From Rhizobiaceae bacterium (lineage in GTDB: Bacteria; Pseudomonadota; Alphaproteobacteria; Rhizobiales; Rhizobiaceae): a stretch of DNA of 64,000 nucleotides. The stretch is from contig JAHBYZ010000003.1 in the NCBI GenBank assembly GCA_019635695.1, forward strand, positions 1 through 64,000. The letters are read 5' to 3'. The translations under genes were made by a program, and so were the position numbers. Shown here piece by piece: positions 47,575 to 56,199 of this stretch (the first letter of the stretch is position 1; each line of letters begins with the position of its first letter). The notes under the pieces were generated by a model. The model was not told where the DNA came from. It did no database searches and worked only from the letters and a program-made list of their open reading frames with translations.

Positions 47575-48465
47575 TTACCTGGATGCGCCGAAACCGCCGA
47601 CGCCCTGGACGTTTTCGGTTCCGCCGCCGGGCAGCGGCACGCCGGCAGCGCCAATGGTGAAGGTGCCGGCCGCGGCCGACGCACCCGCTCCGTAGAACAC
47701 GCCCTGCCAGTCCCCGGAATAGACCGCCGCGCCGGAGGCGCCCCCGCCGGCACGCTCGACGGCCATGCCGCCGCCGAGGAAGTTGTTGGTGTCGATCGCC
47801 GCAGGATTGAGCACCAGCTCGTAGCCGACCGGCTGGCCGGCCGCCACGAGCTGGTCGAGCCGCCCGCGGACGTTGCCGTTTGCGGGATCGAATTCCGCGA
47901 CCAGTGTGGAGCGGCCGGACACGTCGCGCGCGCCGGTCGCCGAACCGAACATCAGTGCGTGGGCGACGCCCGTGTAGGTGGCGGTTCCGGAGCTGGGCAT
48001 GTTGGGCGCCAGCGTCATGTCGCCGGCGACGCGGTAGCCGACGAACAGCTTGTCGCGGGTGCGGTTTCGCACGCTGTAGCGACCGAGCGCGAAGCCGCTG
48101 CCCTCGCCGACCTGCTCGAGGAAGCCGTCATTCGAGAAGACGGTGCGCATCGGGTTGAGCGGGGCGTCGGGATCGGGGACGAGCCCGTCGAGCGGCGGGA
48201 TCGACGAGCCGCCGGGCAGGAAGCCCGCGACCCAGGCCGAGGTAGCGGTGCGCTGCGAACCGTCCTTGTATTCCAGCACGGTCATAATCTCCGGCAGGAT
48301 CGAGCGGTCGGAGACGGAGGTCTTGTTGCCGGCGGCATCCTCGTTGAGCACGATCATGTGCGTGAGCGAGACGCTGGGCACGAGCGTCACCGGATTGCCG
48401 GAACTGCTGGTGCAGCCGGCGAGCGCCGCCGCGGCGAGCGCGGCCGTGGTCAGTTCCAGCTTCAT
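47575..48465 (-). CDS. surface lipoprotein paralogue 2 (lipobox LAGC)
   Basis: Lipobox. C-terminal GTFTIGAAGV...VGGFGA. GGGGAGG RBS. Confidence 0.6.
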   Translation of the reverse strand: MKLELTTAALAAAALAGCTSSSGNPVTLVPSVSLTHMIVLNEDAAGNKTSVSDRSILPEIMTVLEYKDGSQRTATSAWVAGFLPGGSSIPPLDGLVPDPDAPLNPMRTVFSNDGFLEQVGEGSGFALGRYSVRNRTRDKLFVGYRVAGDMTLAPNMPSSGTATYTGVAHALMFGSATGARDVSGRSTLVAEFDPANGNVRGRLDQLVAAGQPVGYELVLNPAAIDTNNFLGGGMAVERAGGGASGAAVYSGDWQGVFYGAGASAAAGTFTIGAAGVPLPGGGTENVQGVGGFGASR

Positions 48466-48522
48466 TGCCGCCTCCCCGGGAGTTGCCTCCCGCTCTGCGG
48501 CCGGCGACGGCGCCTGGCCGTG

Positions 48523-49392
48523 TTATTTCGCGGCGCCGAACGAACCGACGCCCTGCAGGCTCTGCGTGCCGCCGGCCGGGTTGGGCACGTTCTGCGCGCC
48601 GAACTGGAAGGTGCCGGCGACCTCGCCCGCTCCGCCGCCGAAGAACGAGCCCTGATAGTCGGAGCCGGTGAGGTTGCCGACATTGGCATTGGTGCCGGCC
48701 GTGACAAGGCTCAGCTCGCCGTTCTGGAAATTGGAGCCCTGGATCGACCGCTGGTTGAGCAGGATGTCGGTGCCGTAGAGCGGGCCGTCGAGATTGTAAA
48801 GGCGCCCCTGAATGGTGCCGCCGCCGCCCAGGAAATTGGCGGTCAGGTGGGCGCTGCCGGTGACCTCGGCGGACTGCGAAGCCGAGCCGAAGACCGTTGC
48901 GCTGGTGGAACCCGTATAGGTGGCGCTGCCGGTGGACGGCATGTTGCCGGTCTTGGTGCCGCCGACCAGGAAGAAGGTATGCTGAAGGTTGTCCCTGTTC
49001 ACGGTGTAGCGGTCGGCCGTGTAGTTGGCGCCGCTCTTCACCCGGGTCAGGAACGTGTCGCCGTTGCGGAACGTGCTCAGATTGCCCGAATCGACCTTGA
49101 GATTGCTGGTATCCGGCGTGTCGGTATTGCCTTCCATGCGGTCCTGGATGTCGACATTGACGCTGGTGGCGATGCCGTTGGACAGCGTGGTGACGAGCGA
49201 ACCGCCCTGGGAGCCGTCGGACCGGTCGTAGACGCCGTTGATGGCGCCGGTCGCGCTGCGGTTGAGCGCCATGCCGTGGCCGCGCACCGACACCGTCTGC
49301 GTGGTCAGGTCGGGCTGGTTGGCGGAGTTGCCGCCGCAGCCGGCCAGCAGCGCGAGCGCGGCCGCGGATGCCAGTCCTGCAAGATGCTTCAC
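48523..49392 (-). CDS. surface lipoprotein paralogue 3 (lipobox LLAGC)
   Basis: GTG start after a GGAGGAA RBS. C-terminal GTFQFGAQNV...VGSFGAAK. Confidence 0.55.
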   Translation of the reverse strand: MKHLAGLASAAALALLAGCGGNSANQPDLTTQTVSVRGHGMALNRSATGAINGVYDRSDGSQGGSLVTTLSNGIATSVNVDIQDRMEGNTDTPDTSNLKVDSGNLSTFRNGDTFLTRVKSGANYTADRYTVNRDNLQHTFFLVGGTKTGNMPSTGSATYTGSTSATVFGSASQSAEVTGSAHLTANFLGGGGTIQGRLYNLDGPLYGTDILLNQRSIQGSNFQNGELSLVTAGTNANVGNLTGSDYQGSFFGGGAGEVAGTFQFGAQNVPNPAGGTQSLQGVGSFGAAK

Positions 49393-49566
49393 GGGTGTTC
49401 CTCCGCCTGCGGCACAATTCCGGATGATTCGTCCGGCATTTTGCCCGCGCACCTGTCCATGCGGCAACCGAAGGTGGAACGCGCGGCAAGCCTCGCGCAA
49501 GGTCTGTCGCGGCGAGCCTCCATCACTTTTGGTGACATGGAGCAGCGCCAATCATGGCCTGCGCGC

Positions 49567-50568
49567 TCAGTCGTAACGCAGCTCGCCGGCTTTCCCGCCG
49601 AACACGCGATAGGCGAAGAACGAGTAGCCGACGATGACCGGCAGCACGAAGGCGGTGCCGATCAGGATGATGGCGAGGCTCTCGGGCGCGGCGGCGGCCT
49701 GCCAGATCGTCAGCCGGTCCGGCACCACGAAGGGATAGAAGGAATAGGCGAGCCCGGCGAAGCCTAGCGCGAAGATCGCCGCCAGCGCCAGGAACGGCGT
49801 CAGCGCGTGCCGGTCGCCGGCCGCCGGCAGCCGGAAGGACAGCAGCCACAGCCACACGAACAGCAACGCCGAGATCACCGGCAGCGGCGCCAGCCAGACG
49901 ACCTGCGGCCAGTCGAACCACTTCTCGAAGATGCGCGGCGAGGCGAAGGGCGTGGCAAGCGAGACGGCGGCCATGCCGAGCGCGGTGGCGACCAGAGTGA
50001 AGCGCAGCCAGCGCACCGCCTTCTTCTGCAGCTCCCCTTCGGTCTTGTAGATCAGCCAGGCGGCGCCCATCGCCGCGTAGGCGGCGGCGAGACAGAAGGC
50101 CACGAGCAGGCCGAAGCCGAACACCGCCCAGGAGAGCTCCAGACCCATCACGTAGACGCCGAGCATGTAGCCTTGCGCCAGCGAGGCGAGGAGCGACCCG
50201 GCGGCGAACAGCTTGTCCCAGCGATGCTTGCGGTGGACTGGAACCTTGGCGCGGAAATCGAAGGCGACGCCGCGCAGGATGAGGCCGACGAGCAGCACGA
50301 AGACCGGCAGATAGAGCGCGGTGAGGATGATGCCGTGCGCGATCGGGAAGGCGACCAGCAGCAGGCCGACGGCGAGCACCAGCCAGGTCTCGTTGGCGTC
50401 CCAGAACGGCCCGATGGCCGCGATCATGGTGTCCTTCTCGTCGTCGGTGGCGGCGGAAAACAGGATGCCGATGCCGAGGTCGAAGCCATCGAGCACCACG
50501 TAGATCAGAATCGCGAGGCCCATGAGGCCGGCGAAGATGAGGGGCATGAGGGTAGGCCAGTCGGTCAT
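49567..50568 (-). CDS. cydB: cytochrome bd-type ubiquinol oxidase subunit II
   Basis: Multi-TM CydB/CioB sequence (FWDANETW, YLPVF...). Start at internal Met. Confidence 0.85.
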   Translation of the reverse strand: MTDWPTLMPLIFAGLMGLAILIYVVLDGFDLGIGILFSAATDDEKDTMIAAIGPFWDANETWLVLAVGLLLVAFPIAHGIILTALYLPVFVLLVGLILRGVAFDFRAKVPVHRKHRWDKLFAAGSLLASLAQGYMLGVYVMGLELSWAVFGFGLLVAFCLAAAYAAMGAAWLIYKTEGELQKKAVRWLRFTLVATALGMAAVSLATPFASPRIFEKWFDWPQVVWLAPLPVISALLFVWLWLLSFRLPAAGDRHALTPFLALAAIFALGFAGLAYSFYPFVVPDRLTIWQAAAAPESLAIILIGTAFVLPVIVGYSFFAYRVFGGKAGELRYD

Positions 50569-51227
50569 GGTCGAGATTTCTCCAATCTCGATGGAGAAGT
50601 AGAAACACCCCCTCCACCACGCTTCGCGTGGTCCCCCTCCCCCGTAAACGGGGGAGGAACCGGCGTTGCGGCCGGTCGCGACCTCGGTTCCTCCCCTGCG
50701 AAGCGGGGGAGGGGGACCGCCGAAGGCGGTGGAGGGGGTGTTTTGCGACTGATCAGTCGCGGGGCTTCGTATCCGTCGGGTATTCTTCCAGTCGCGGCGG
50801 TCAATGCGATGACCCGGAGGACGCCCTCGAAAAGGTGGTCGTCCAGAATGTCCCTGGCCGCGATGCGCAGTACCTGGATACCTTCTGTTGCGAGCCAATC
50901 GTCTCGTCGATTGTCAGCTTTCATCTGCCTTTCGAGATCATGGTGCGATCCATCGACCTCGACGGCCAGGCGGGCGGTCGCGCAGTAGAAATCCAGCACG
51001 TAGGGGCCAACGGGATGTTGCCGCCTGAAGCGCGGGCGATCCAGGCGCGCGCCGCGCAATTGCTCCCAAAGAAGCGACTCCGGCAAAGTGAACTCGCGCC
51101 TCAGGCGTCGCGCATTTGCAATCGTGCGTTCGGGTGCTCGCAGACCCACGGGACTACCCCTCCTGCGCCATCGGCTGCGCGGCCACTCGGTCCTCGACGC
51201 CGGGCATCGGCGAGGTGTCGCCGTCAT
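50565..51227 (-). CDS. DUF559 (Vsr-like endonuclease fold) domain protein, reading through REP copy F
   Basis: DUF559 pattern (ARRLRREFTLPESLLWEQLR...QHPVGPYVLDFYCATARLAVEVDGSHH). The start is uncertain. The ATG at 51227 overlaps the cydA 3' end. The last roughly 55 codons translate the REP element. Confidence 0.45.
   Translation of the reverse strand: MTATPRRCPASRTEWPRSRWRRRGSPVGLRAPERTIANARRLRREFTLPESLLWEQLRGARLDRPRFRRQHPVGPYVLDFYCATARLAVEVDGSHHDLERQMKADNRRDDWLATEGIQVLRIAARDILDDHLFEGVLRVIALTAATGRIPDGYEAPRLISRKTPPPPPSAVPLPRFAGEEPRSRPAATPVPPPFTGEGDHAKRGGGGVSTSPSRLEKSRP
50604..50742. repeat. REP-like GC-rich palindromic element (copy F; forward and inverted modules form a long hairpin)
   Basis: CCCCCTCCACCACGCTTCGCGTGGTCCCCCTCCCCCG ... 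CCTCCCCTGCGAAGCGGGGGAGGGGGACCGCCGAAGGCGGTGGAGGGGG. Approximate. Confidence 0.6.
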
Positions 51228-52524
51228 GGGCGGCTTTTCGCGCGAGGTGGACCAGCACGCCGAGATAGACGACCAGCAGCACCGCGTAGAGAAAGAGATA
51301 GGCGGCTAGGGTGAGCGCGACGTGGCCGCCGGGCACCGGCCCCAGCGCCTCGTGGGTGCGGAGCACGCCGGTGACCAGCCAGGGCTGGCGGCCGATCTCG
51401 GTCGTGTACCAGCCGGCCAGCGTGGCGACCCAGCCCGACAGCGCCATCGGCACCAGCGCATAGGCGATCGGCTGCGGCAAGGTGCGGCGGCGGAACAGGA
51501 ACCACGCGGTGACCCACGACACCGCCAGCATGAGCAGGCCGGTGCCGACCATGACGCGAAAGCCCCAGAAGACGGGCAGAACCGGCGGGTGGTTGCCCTC
51601 GAACTCGTTCAGGCCGGGCACGACGGCGTCGAGGCTGTGCCCGAGGATCAGGCTGGCGCCGTTGGGAATGCCGAGCTCGAAATGGTTCTCGCGCGCGGCC
51701 TCTTCGGGCCAGGCGAACAGGATCAGCGGCTTGTTCGGCCCCGTCTCCCAGTTGGCCTCCATCGCGGCGACCTTGGCGGGCTGGTGTTCGAGCGAGTTCA
51801 GCCCGTGCTGGTCGCCGGCGAAAATCTGCAGCGGGATGAGGATGGCGGCGGCGCCTATGCCCGTGCGCAGCGCTTTCCACATCGAGTCGGAGCGGTCGCC
51901 GGACACGAAGCGCAGCGCCGAAAGACCGGCGACCAGGAACGACACGGTCAGCCCCGAGGCAAGCAGCATGTGCACGAGGCGGTAGGGGAAGGACGGGTTC
52001 CAGACGATGGCGAACCAGTCGGTCGGGAAGGCGACGCCGTCGCGCATCTCGAAGCCGGCAGGCGTCTGCATCCACGAATTGAGCGCCAGGATCCACACCG
52101 CCGACATGGTGGTGCCGAAGGCGACGAGGAAGGTGGCCGTGGTGTGCAGCCGGTTCGACACGCGGCGGAAGCCGAACAGCATGATGCCGAGGAACACGGC
52201 TTCCAGGAAGAACGCCGTCAGCACCTCGTAGGCGAGCAGCGGCCCGGCGATGTTGCCGACCTTTTCCATGAAGCCCGGCCAGTTGGTGCCGAACTGGAAG
52301 CTCATGGTGACGCCCGAGACGACGCCGAGCGCGAATGAGAGGGCAAAAACCTTCACCCAGAAGAAATAGGCGCGCATCCAGGCGAGGTCGCCGGTGGCCT
52401 GATAGCGCAGCTTGAAGAACAGCAGCACCCAGCCGAGCGCGATGGTGATGGTGGGGAACAGGATGTGGAACGAGATGTTGGCCGCGAATTGCGCGCGCGA
52501 CAGGATGAGCGGGTCGTATTCCAT
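51154..52524 (-). CDS. cydA: cytochrome bd-type ubiquinol oxidase subunit I
   Basis: CydA/CioA sequence including the Q-loop region. 456 aa. Confidence 0.9.
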   Translation of the reverse strand: MEYDPLILSRAQFAANISFHILFPTITIALGWVLLFFKLRYQATGDLAWMRAYFFWVKVFALSFALGVVSGVTMSFQFGTNWPGFMEKVGNIAGPLLAYEVLTAFFLEAVFLGIMLFGFRRVSNRLHTTATFLVAFGTTMSAVWILALNSWMQTPAGFEMRDGVAFPTDWFAIVWNPSFPYRLVHMLLASGLTVSFLVAGLSALRFVSGDRSDSMWKALRTGIGAAAILIPLQIFAGDQHGLNSLEHQPAKVAAMEANWETGPNKPLILFAWPEEAARENHFELGIPNGASLILGHSLDAVVPGLNEFEGNHPPVLPVFWGFRVMVGTGLLMLAVSWVTAWFLFRRRTLPQPIAYALVPMALSGWVATLAGWYTTEIGRQPWLVTGVLRTHEALGPVPGGHVALTLAAYLFLYAVLLVVYLGVLVHLARKAAHDGDTSPMPGVEDRVAAQPMAQEG

Positions 52525-52613
52525 GATCGGCCGCCTCGTTCTTCATCGACAAGGTAGGGCGAGGCCGCGGCGAGGTCAAAGCGGCGGCGGGCCGCGCGGC
52601 AGCCTGTCGCGGA

Positions 52614-53063
52614 TCAGCTGCCCTGGTTCGGAAAGCAGACCTGCGAGGAGATCGTGGGGCCGACGCCGAGGGCGTCGAACAGGATCGGGATCGCCGAGGA
52701 AAAATTGTAGCTGATCGCCACGGTGGAGAAGTTCGGCAGGCCCGAGCAGGTGGCGGAACGGCTGATGGTGAGGTCGTCCGTCTCTATGGCGAGGCCCCAG
52801 GATGACGCCTCGGCGGTGATGAAGCTGCGCGCCCTGGCCGCATCGTAGGCGGTGCCCGTCATGCAGTCGGCCTGCGGGATGGCCATGCAGCGCGCGCCGA
52901 CGGTGGCGGTTTCCTCCAGCGCCTGGCGCAGCCACATCAGCCGGCCGAACTCGATGGTGCCGAACAGGAGCAGCAGCAGCGGCCCGGCGACCATGGCGAA
53001 CTCCACCGCGGTCGCGCCGCGGCGGTCGCCGATCAGGCGCGATAGCGGCCGCGTCGCCTTCAC
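52614..53063 (-). CDS. TadE-like pilus assembly protein
   Basis: GTG start overlapping the upstream stop (GTGA). N-terminal GATAVEFAMVAGPLLLLLFG TadE-like motif. Confidence 0.6.
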   Translation of the reverse strand: MKATRPLSRLIGDRRGATAVEFAMVAGPLLLLLFGTIEFGRLMWLRQALEETATVGARCMAIPQADCMTGTAYDAARARSFITAEASSWGLAIETDDLTISRSATCSGLPNFSTVAISYNFSSAIPILFDALGVGPTISSQVCFPNQGS

Positions 53064-53635
53064 TGGCCCTGTACCACGGCCGATACGGTGATCTGGTCGG
53101 ATTCGGTGAAGCCGTAGCCGCCGAACATCGGCGCGTAGGGCTTGCTGATCGAGATCAGCACGAACTTGCCGGCGACGCCGCCGCCGGCGCAGACGCTGCC
53201 GCAGGTGGCGGCCGAGCCCCACGCCACGCTGCCGTCGGTCTTGGTCGGGCAGTAGCAGGCGTCGCCATTGCCCGGCAGGGAGGAGGTCGTGGCGACGCCG
53301 CCGGTCATCTGCACCTGCTCCGCATTGTTGACCACAACGGTCGAGCTGCCCGAGGCGGAAGCCTGCTCGCCGGCCAGAACGCGGGCGATGTTGAGCGCCA
53401 GATCGGCGCCCTCGTCCTCGGATATGTCCTGACCGTTGACCAGCGCGTAGTTCGATCCGGCGGCAATCGCCGAATTCAGCCGGTACTTGGTGTGCAGCAG
53501 CGAGCCGATGTCGACGACGCCGGCGAGGATCAAGAGGAAGACCGGCGCCAGCAGCGCGAACTCAAGCGCGGAGGCGCCGGAGCGGTCGCGGCGAAAGCGG
53601 CGAAGGATCATGCTGGCGAAAGACGGGAGGGTCAT
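53060..53635 (-). CDS. TadE/TadF-like pilus assembly protein
   Basis: N-terminal GASALEFALLAPVFLLILAGVVD TadE-like motif. ATGA overlap with the upstream gene. Confidence 0.6.
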   Translation of the reverse strand: MTLPSFASMILRRFRRDRSGASALEFALLAPVFLLILAGVVDIGSLLHTKYRLNSAIAAGSNYALVNGQDISEDEGADLALNIARVLAGEQASASGSSTVVVNNAEQVQMTGGVATTSSLPGNGDACYCPTKTDGSVAWGSAATCGSVCAGGGVAGKFVLISISKPYAPMFGGYGFTESDQITVSAVVQGQ

Positions 53636-55581
53636 TTCACGAGGCTCACATTGGTGGAACTGCCGCTGCCGCCGGCGGTGGCGATGCATTCGGACGCGGC
53701 GGCCGTGCCGCCCGACATGGTGATGCGCGCCGCGACGATCTGCAGGCAGCCGCCGGTGACGCCGCCCATGCTGGCTCCGCCGGAGAATTGCATGTGCGCG
53801 TTGGGGAAATAGAAGGCGCCCGAAATCTGGCCGTTCGAGCCGCCGCCCATCAGGTTGACGCCGGCCGAGCCGGATTGCGGGCCGATGACGGCGAGCCCGG
53901 CCATCGTGCCGGTCGCGGGCGAGGTGAGCAGGATGTTGGAATAGCCATTGGCGACGCAGTAGACCTGGCCGGCGCAGTTGCCGGACCCGGGCGTCGCGCT
54001 GCCCGAGAGCACCAGCGACACGTTGAGCGCCTTGAGGCTGACGGTCGAGCCGTCGCAGGCCGAGCCGCCGCCGCCGTTCTCGCCCATCGCCAGATAGCCG
54101 TCGACCGTCCAGATTCCGGCGCCGAGGATCAGCGCGCCGGCGATCGAGATGTTGCCGTCGACATCGGCCTGCGCCACCGCGGGAAGCTTGAGGCAGGAGC
54201 CGCCGCCGGTGAGCGTGTTGCCTTTGGCCTGGAACACCTTTCCGGAGCCCGAAACGTCGTAGAGCAGCGTGGTCGAGCCGCCGCCGGTGTTGAAGGCGTA
54301 GCCGGTCGAGGACGGCCCGATCTTGTAGGAGTTGGTCGAGCCGCTGCCCAGCGTGAGCTGCTGCGTGTTGAAGACGCCGCTGTTGAGCTCGAAGGTGCTG
54401 GGACCGGCGAAGGTGAGCGCCGAGGCGTTACAGATCGAGTAGTACTGGTTGGCCCAGTTGCACTGGGCGGTCTGGCGGCCGATGCGGAAGGTGCCGGAGC
54501 CGAAGCTGGTGGTCGAGCCGCCGGCCGTCGAGATGCCCTGGGCGATGTTGAACGTGCCGGACGGAAAACGCACGACCGCGCCGGTGTTCGAGATCGAGCC
54601 CTTGAAATTGTAGGTGACGCTTGCCGCGCCGGTCATGTTGAAGTCGACGTTGATGCCGCCTTGCACCGTCATGTTGCGCAGGTTGACCGTCGCGCCGGCG
54701 CAGGTGAGCGTCCATTTGCTCGTGGTGCTGTTGAAGCTCGCCGTGCAACCGATCTGGCTCGCGGCGTTCTGGGTCTGGCCCGCGTTCCAGCCGAAGTCGA
54801 TGTCCTTGTTCTGGCCTGCGGTGGGAGCGGCCGGCGCCGCCAGCGCGTTGACCGTGGCGATGCGCGAGACGGCGCTTGCGATCGCCGCATTGCCGGCCAG
54901 CGGGTCGGCCGTCGCCACCTTGACCAGCGGCGCCGGCGTGCCGGCCTGAGTCCTGATCTCGTTGCAGGGCTGATAGGGCGCCGTCGCCGAATCGTAATTG
55001 AGCGTGATCGTGGTGATGTGCGTGCCGCAGGGCACCGAGACGCCGGCATTGGACGACACGGTGCAGGACGGCGCGTTGATGCCGACGCCGCCCGAAAGTG
55101 TGATGCCGCCGGCCCCGGCCAGCGCGAGGATGCAGCCGGGCGTGGCGGTGTCGGCAATGCCGACCTCGGCGAAGGCCGACGAGCTGACGTCGAGGGCGGC
55201 GCGGTCGGACACGAAGCGCGACAGCACCAGCGCGTGCCGCGTCTCGATCGTCACGCCGACGGCTTTGGCGCCCGCGGTCTTGGGCGAGTCGACCAGCACC
55301 ACCGAGACGCCGGAGGGGTCGATGCCGTTGAGCGACGCCACGCTGCGCGCGGCCGCCGTCATCGACGATTCCGAATCGGTCGCGCCGTAGGCGATGGCGC
55401 CCGCATAGGAGGCGAGGTCGGCGATGCGCTGGTTCTCGGCCTTGGCCAGCACGCCGTTGCCGTATTCGAGCGTCAGCGCGCCAACGCCCAGAACGACCGG
55501 CAGCGCCAGGGCGCCGATGATGAGGGTGTTGCCCGAGCGGTCGCGCGCAAAAGCGGCGAGGCCCGCGCGGACGCGAGCCAT
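53632..55581 (-). CDS. TadG-like large pilus-associated protein (Gly/Ser/Thr-rich)
   Basis: N-terminal GNTLIIGALALPVVLGVGALTLEYG is a TadG-type pseudopilin-like leader. Roughly 600 aa of low-complexity, beta-rich sequence. Start at internal Met (MARVRAG). Confidence 0.55.
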   Translation of the reverse strand: MARVRAGLAAFARDRSGNTLIIGALALPVVLGVGALTLEYGNGVLAKAENQRIADLASYAGAIAYGATDSESSMTAAARSVASLNGIDPSGVSVVLVDSPKTAGAKAVGVTIETRHALVLSRFVSDRAALDVSSSAFAEVGIADTATPGCILALAGAGGITLSGGVGINAPSCTVSSNAGVSVPCGTHITTITLNYDSATAPYQPCNEIRTQAGTPAPLVKVATADPLAGNAAIASAVSRIATVNALAAPAAPTAGQNKDIDFGWNAGQTQNAASQIGCTASFNSTTSKWTLTCAGATVNLRNMTVQGGINVDFNMTGAASVTYNFKGSISNTGAVVRFPSGTFNIAQGISTAGGSTTSFGSGTFRIGRQTAQCNWANQYYSICNASALTFAGPSTFELNSGVFNTQQLTLGSGSTNSYKIGPSSTGYAFNTGGGSTTLLYDVSGSGKVFQAKGNTLTGGGSCLKLPAVAQADVDGNISIAGALILGAGIWTVDGYLAMGENGGGGSACDGSTVSLKALNVSLVLSGSATPGSGNCAGQVYCVANGYSNILLTSPATGTMAGLAVIGPQSGSAGVNLMGGGSNGQISGAFYFPNAHMQFSGGASMGGVTGGCLQIVAARITMSGGTAAASECIATAGGSGSSTNVSLVK

Positions 55582-55750
55582 CACAGCGGACACCGGATCG
55601 TTTCGATACCACCCCATGGATACAGCTTGCATCAGCAGCGCCTAAACTTGCGTTAGAGGCGATGGTTAAGACGGGTCTAACGCGATGCGGCCTTGACCCG
55701 GCGCGCGCCGCCGGTCATCACGCCGAGAACGGTGCCGGCGGAGGCTTTGC

Positions 55751-56089
55751 ATGACGTGGTGGGGTCTGGGACAGCTCGGCGCGTCGACGGTGATCTTCAT
55801 CTTCGCGGCCAGCGCGGCCAAGTGGTGGACGCTGGCGCCCAGCCACTGGCGGCTGGCCCTCGTGCTCGTCCTGTATACCGCCGGCAACCTGATCATGCTG
55901 CGGCTCATCCGCGACTTCGGCATGGGCGTGGCGCTCAGCCTGTCGGCGGTGATCCAGTTGGTCGCCGTCAACGTCGTCGCCTTCGCCTGGTTCGGCGAAC
56001 GGGTCGGCACCTATGAGGGCATCGGCATCGCCGTGGCCATCGTCGCGGTGATGCTCATCACCATTGGGCCATATCTCGCATCGCGCTGA
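55751..56089 (+). CDS. small 4-TM membrane protein (SMR/DMT-like)
   Basis: 112 aa with four hydrophobic segments. Confidence 0.45.
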   Translation: MTWWGLGQLGASTVIFIFAASAAKWWTLAPSHWRLALVLVLYTAGNLIMLRLIRDFGMGVALSLSAVIQLVAVNVVAFAWFGERVGTYEGIGIAVAIVAVMLITIGPYLASR

Positions 56090-56199
56090 CGCAGCGGCAG
56101 GTAAACAAGTCATAACAATGTATTGAGGCGCGGAACCCTGTTGCGCGGCCGCCCCGGTCCCATGTTCGGGGCGGGGGTTGCTGAGACAGGAGTTCGACC

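Noticed and set aside
44819-49767. Plus-strand ORFs 44819-46627, 46512-47660 and 47455-49767 opposite the Slam and lipoprotein genes
   Set aside because: The minus-strand genes have signal peptides, lipoboxes, RBSs and a conserved paralogous C-terminus. The plus-strand ORFs are low-complexity antisense frames.
53788-55656. 622-aa plus-strand ORF and 54428-55612 minus-strand ORF overlapping the TadG-like gene
   Set aside because: Arg/Gly/Asp-rich garbage frames of a Gly/Ser/Thr-rich gene. The TadG frame has the pseudopilin leader.
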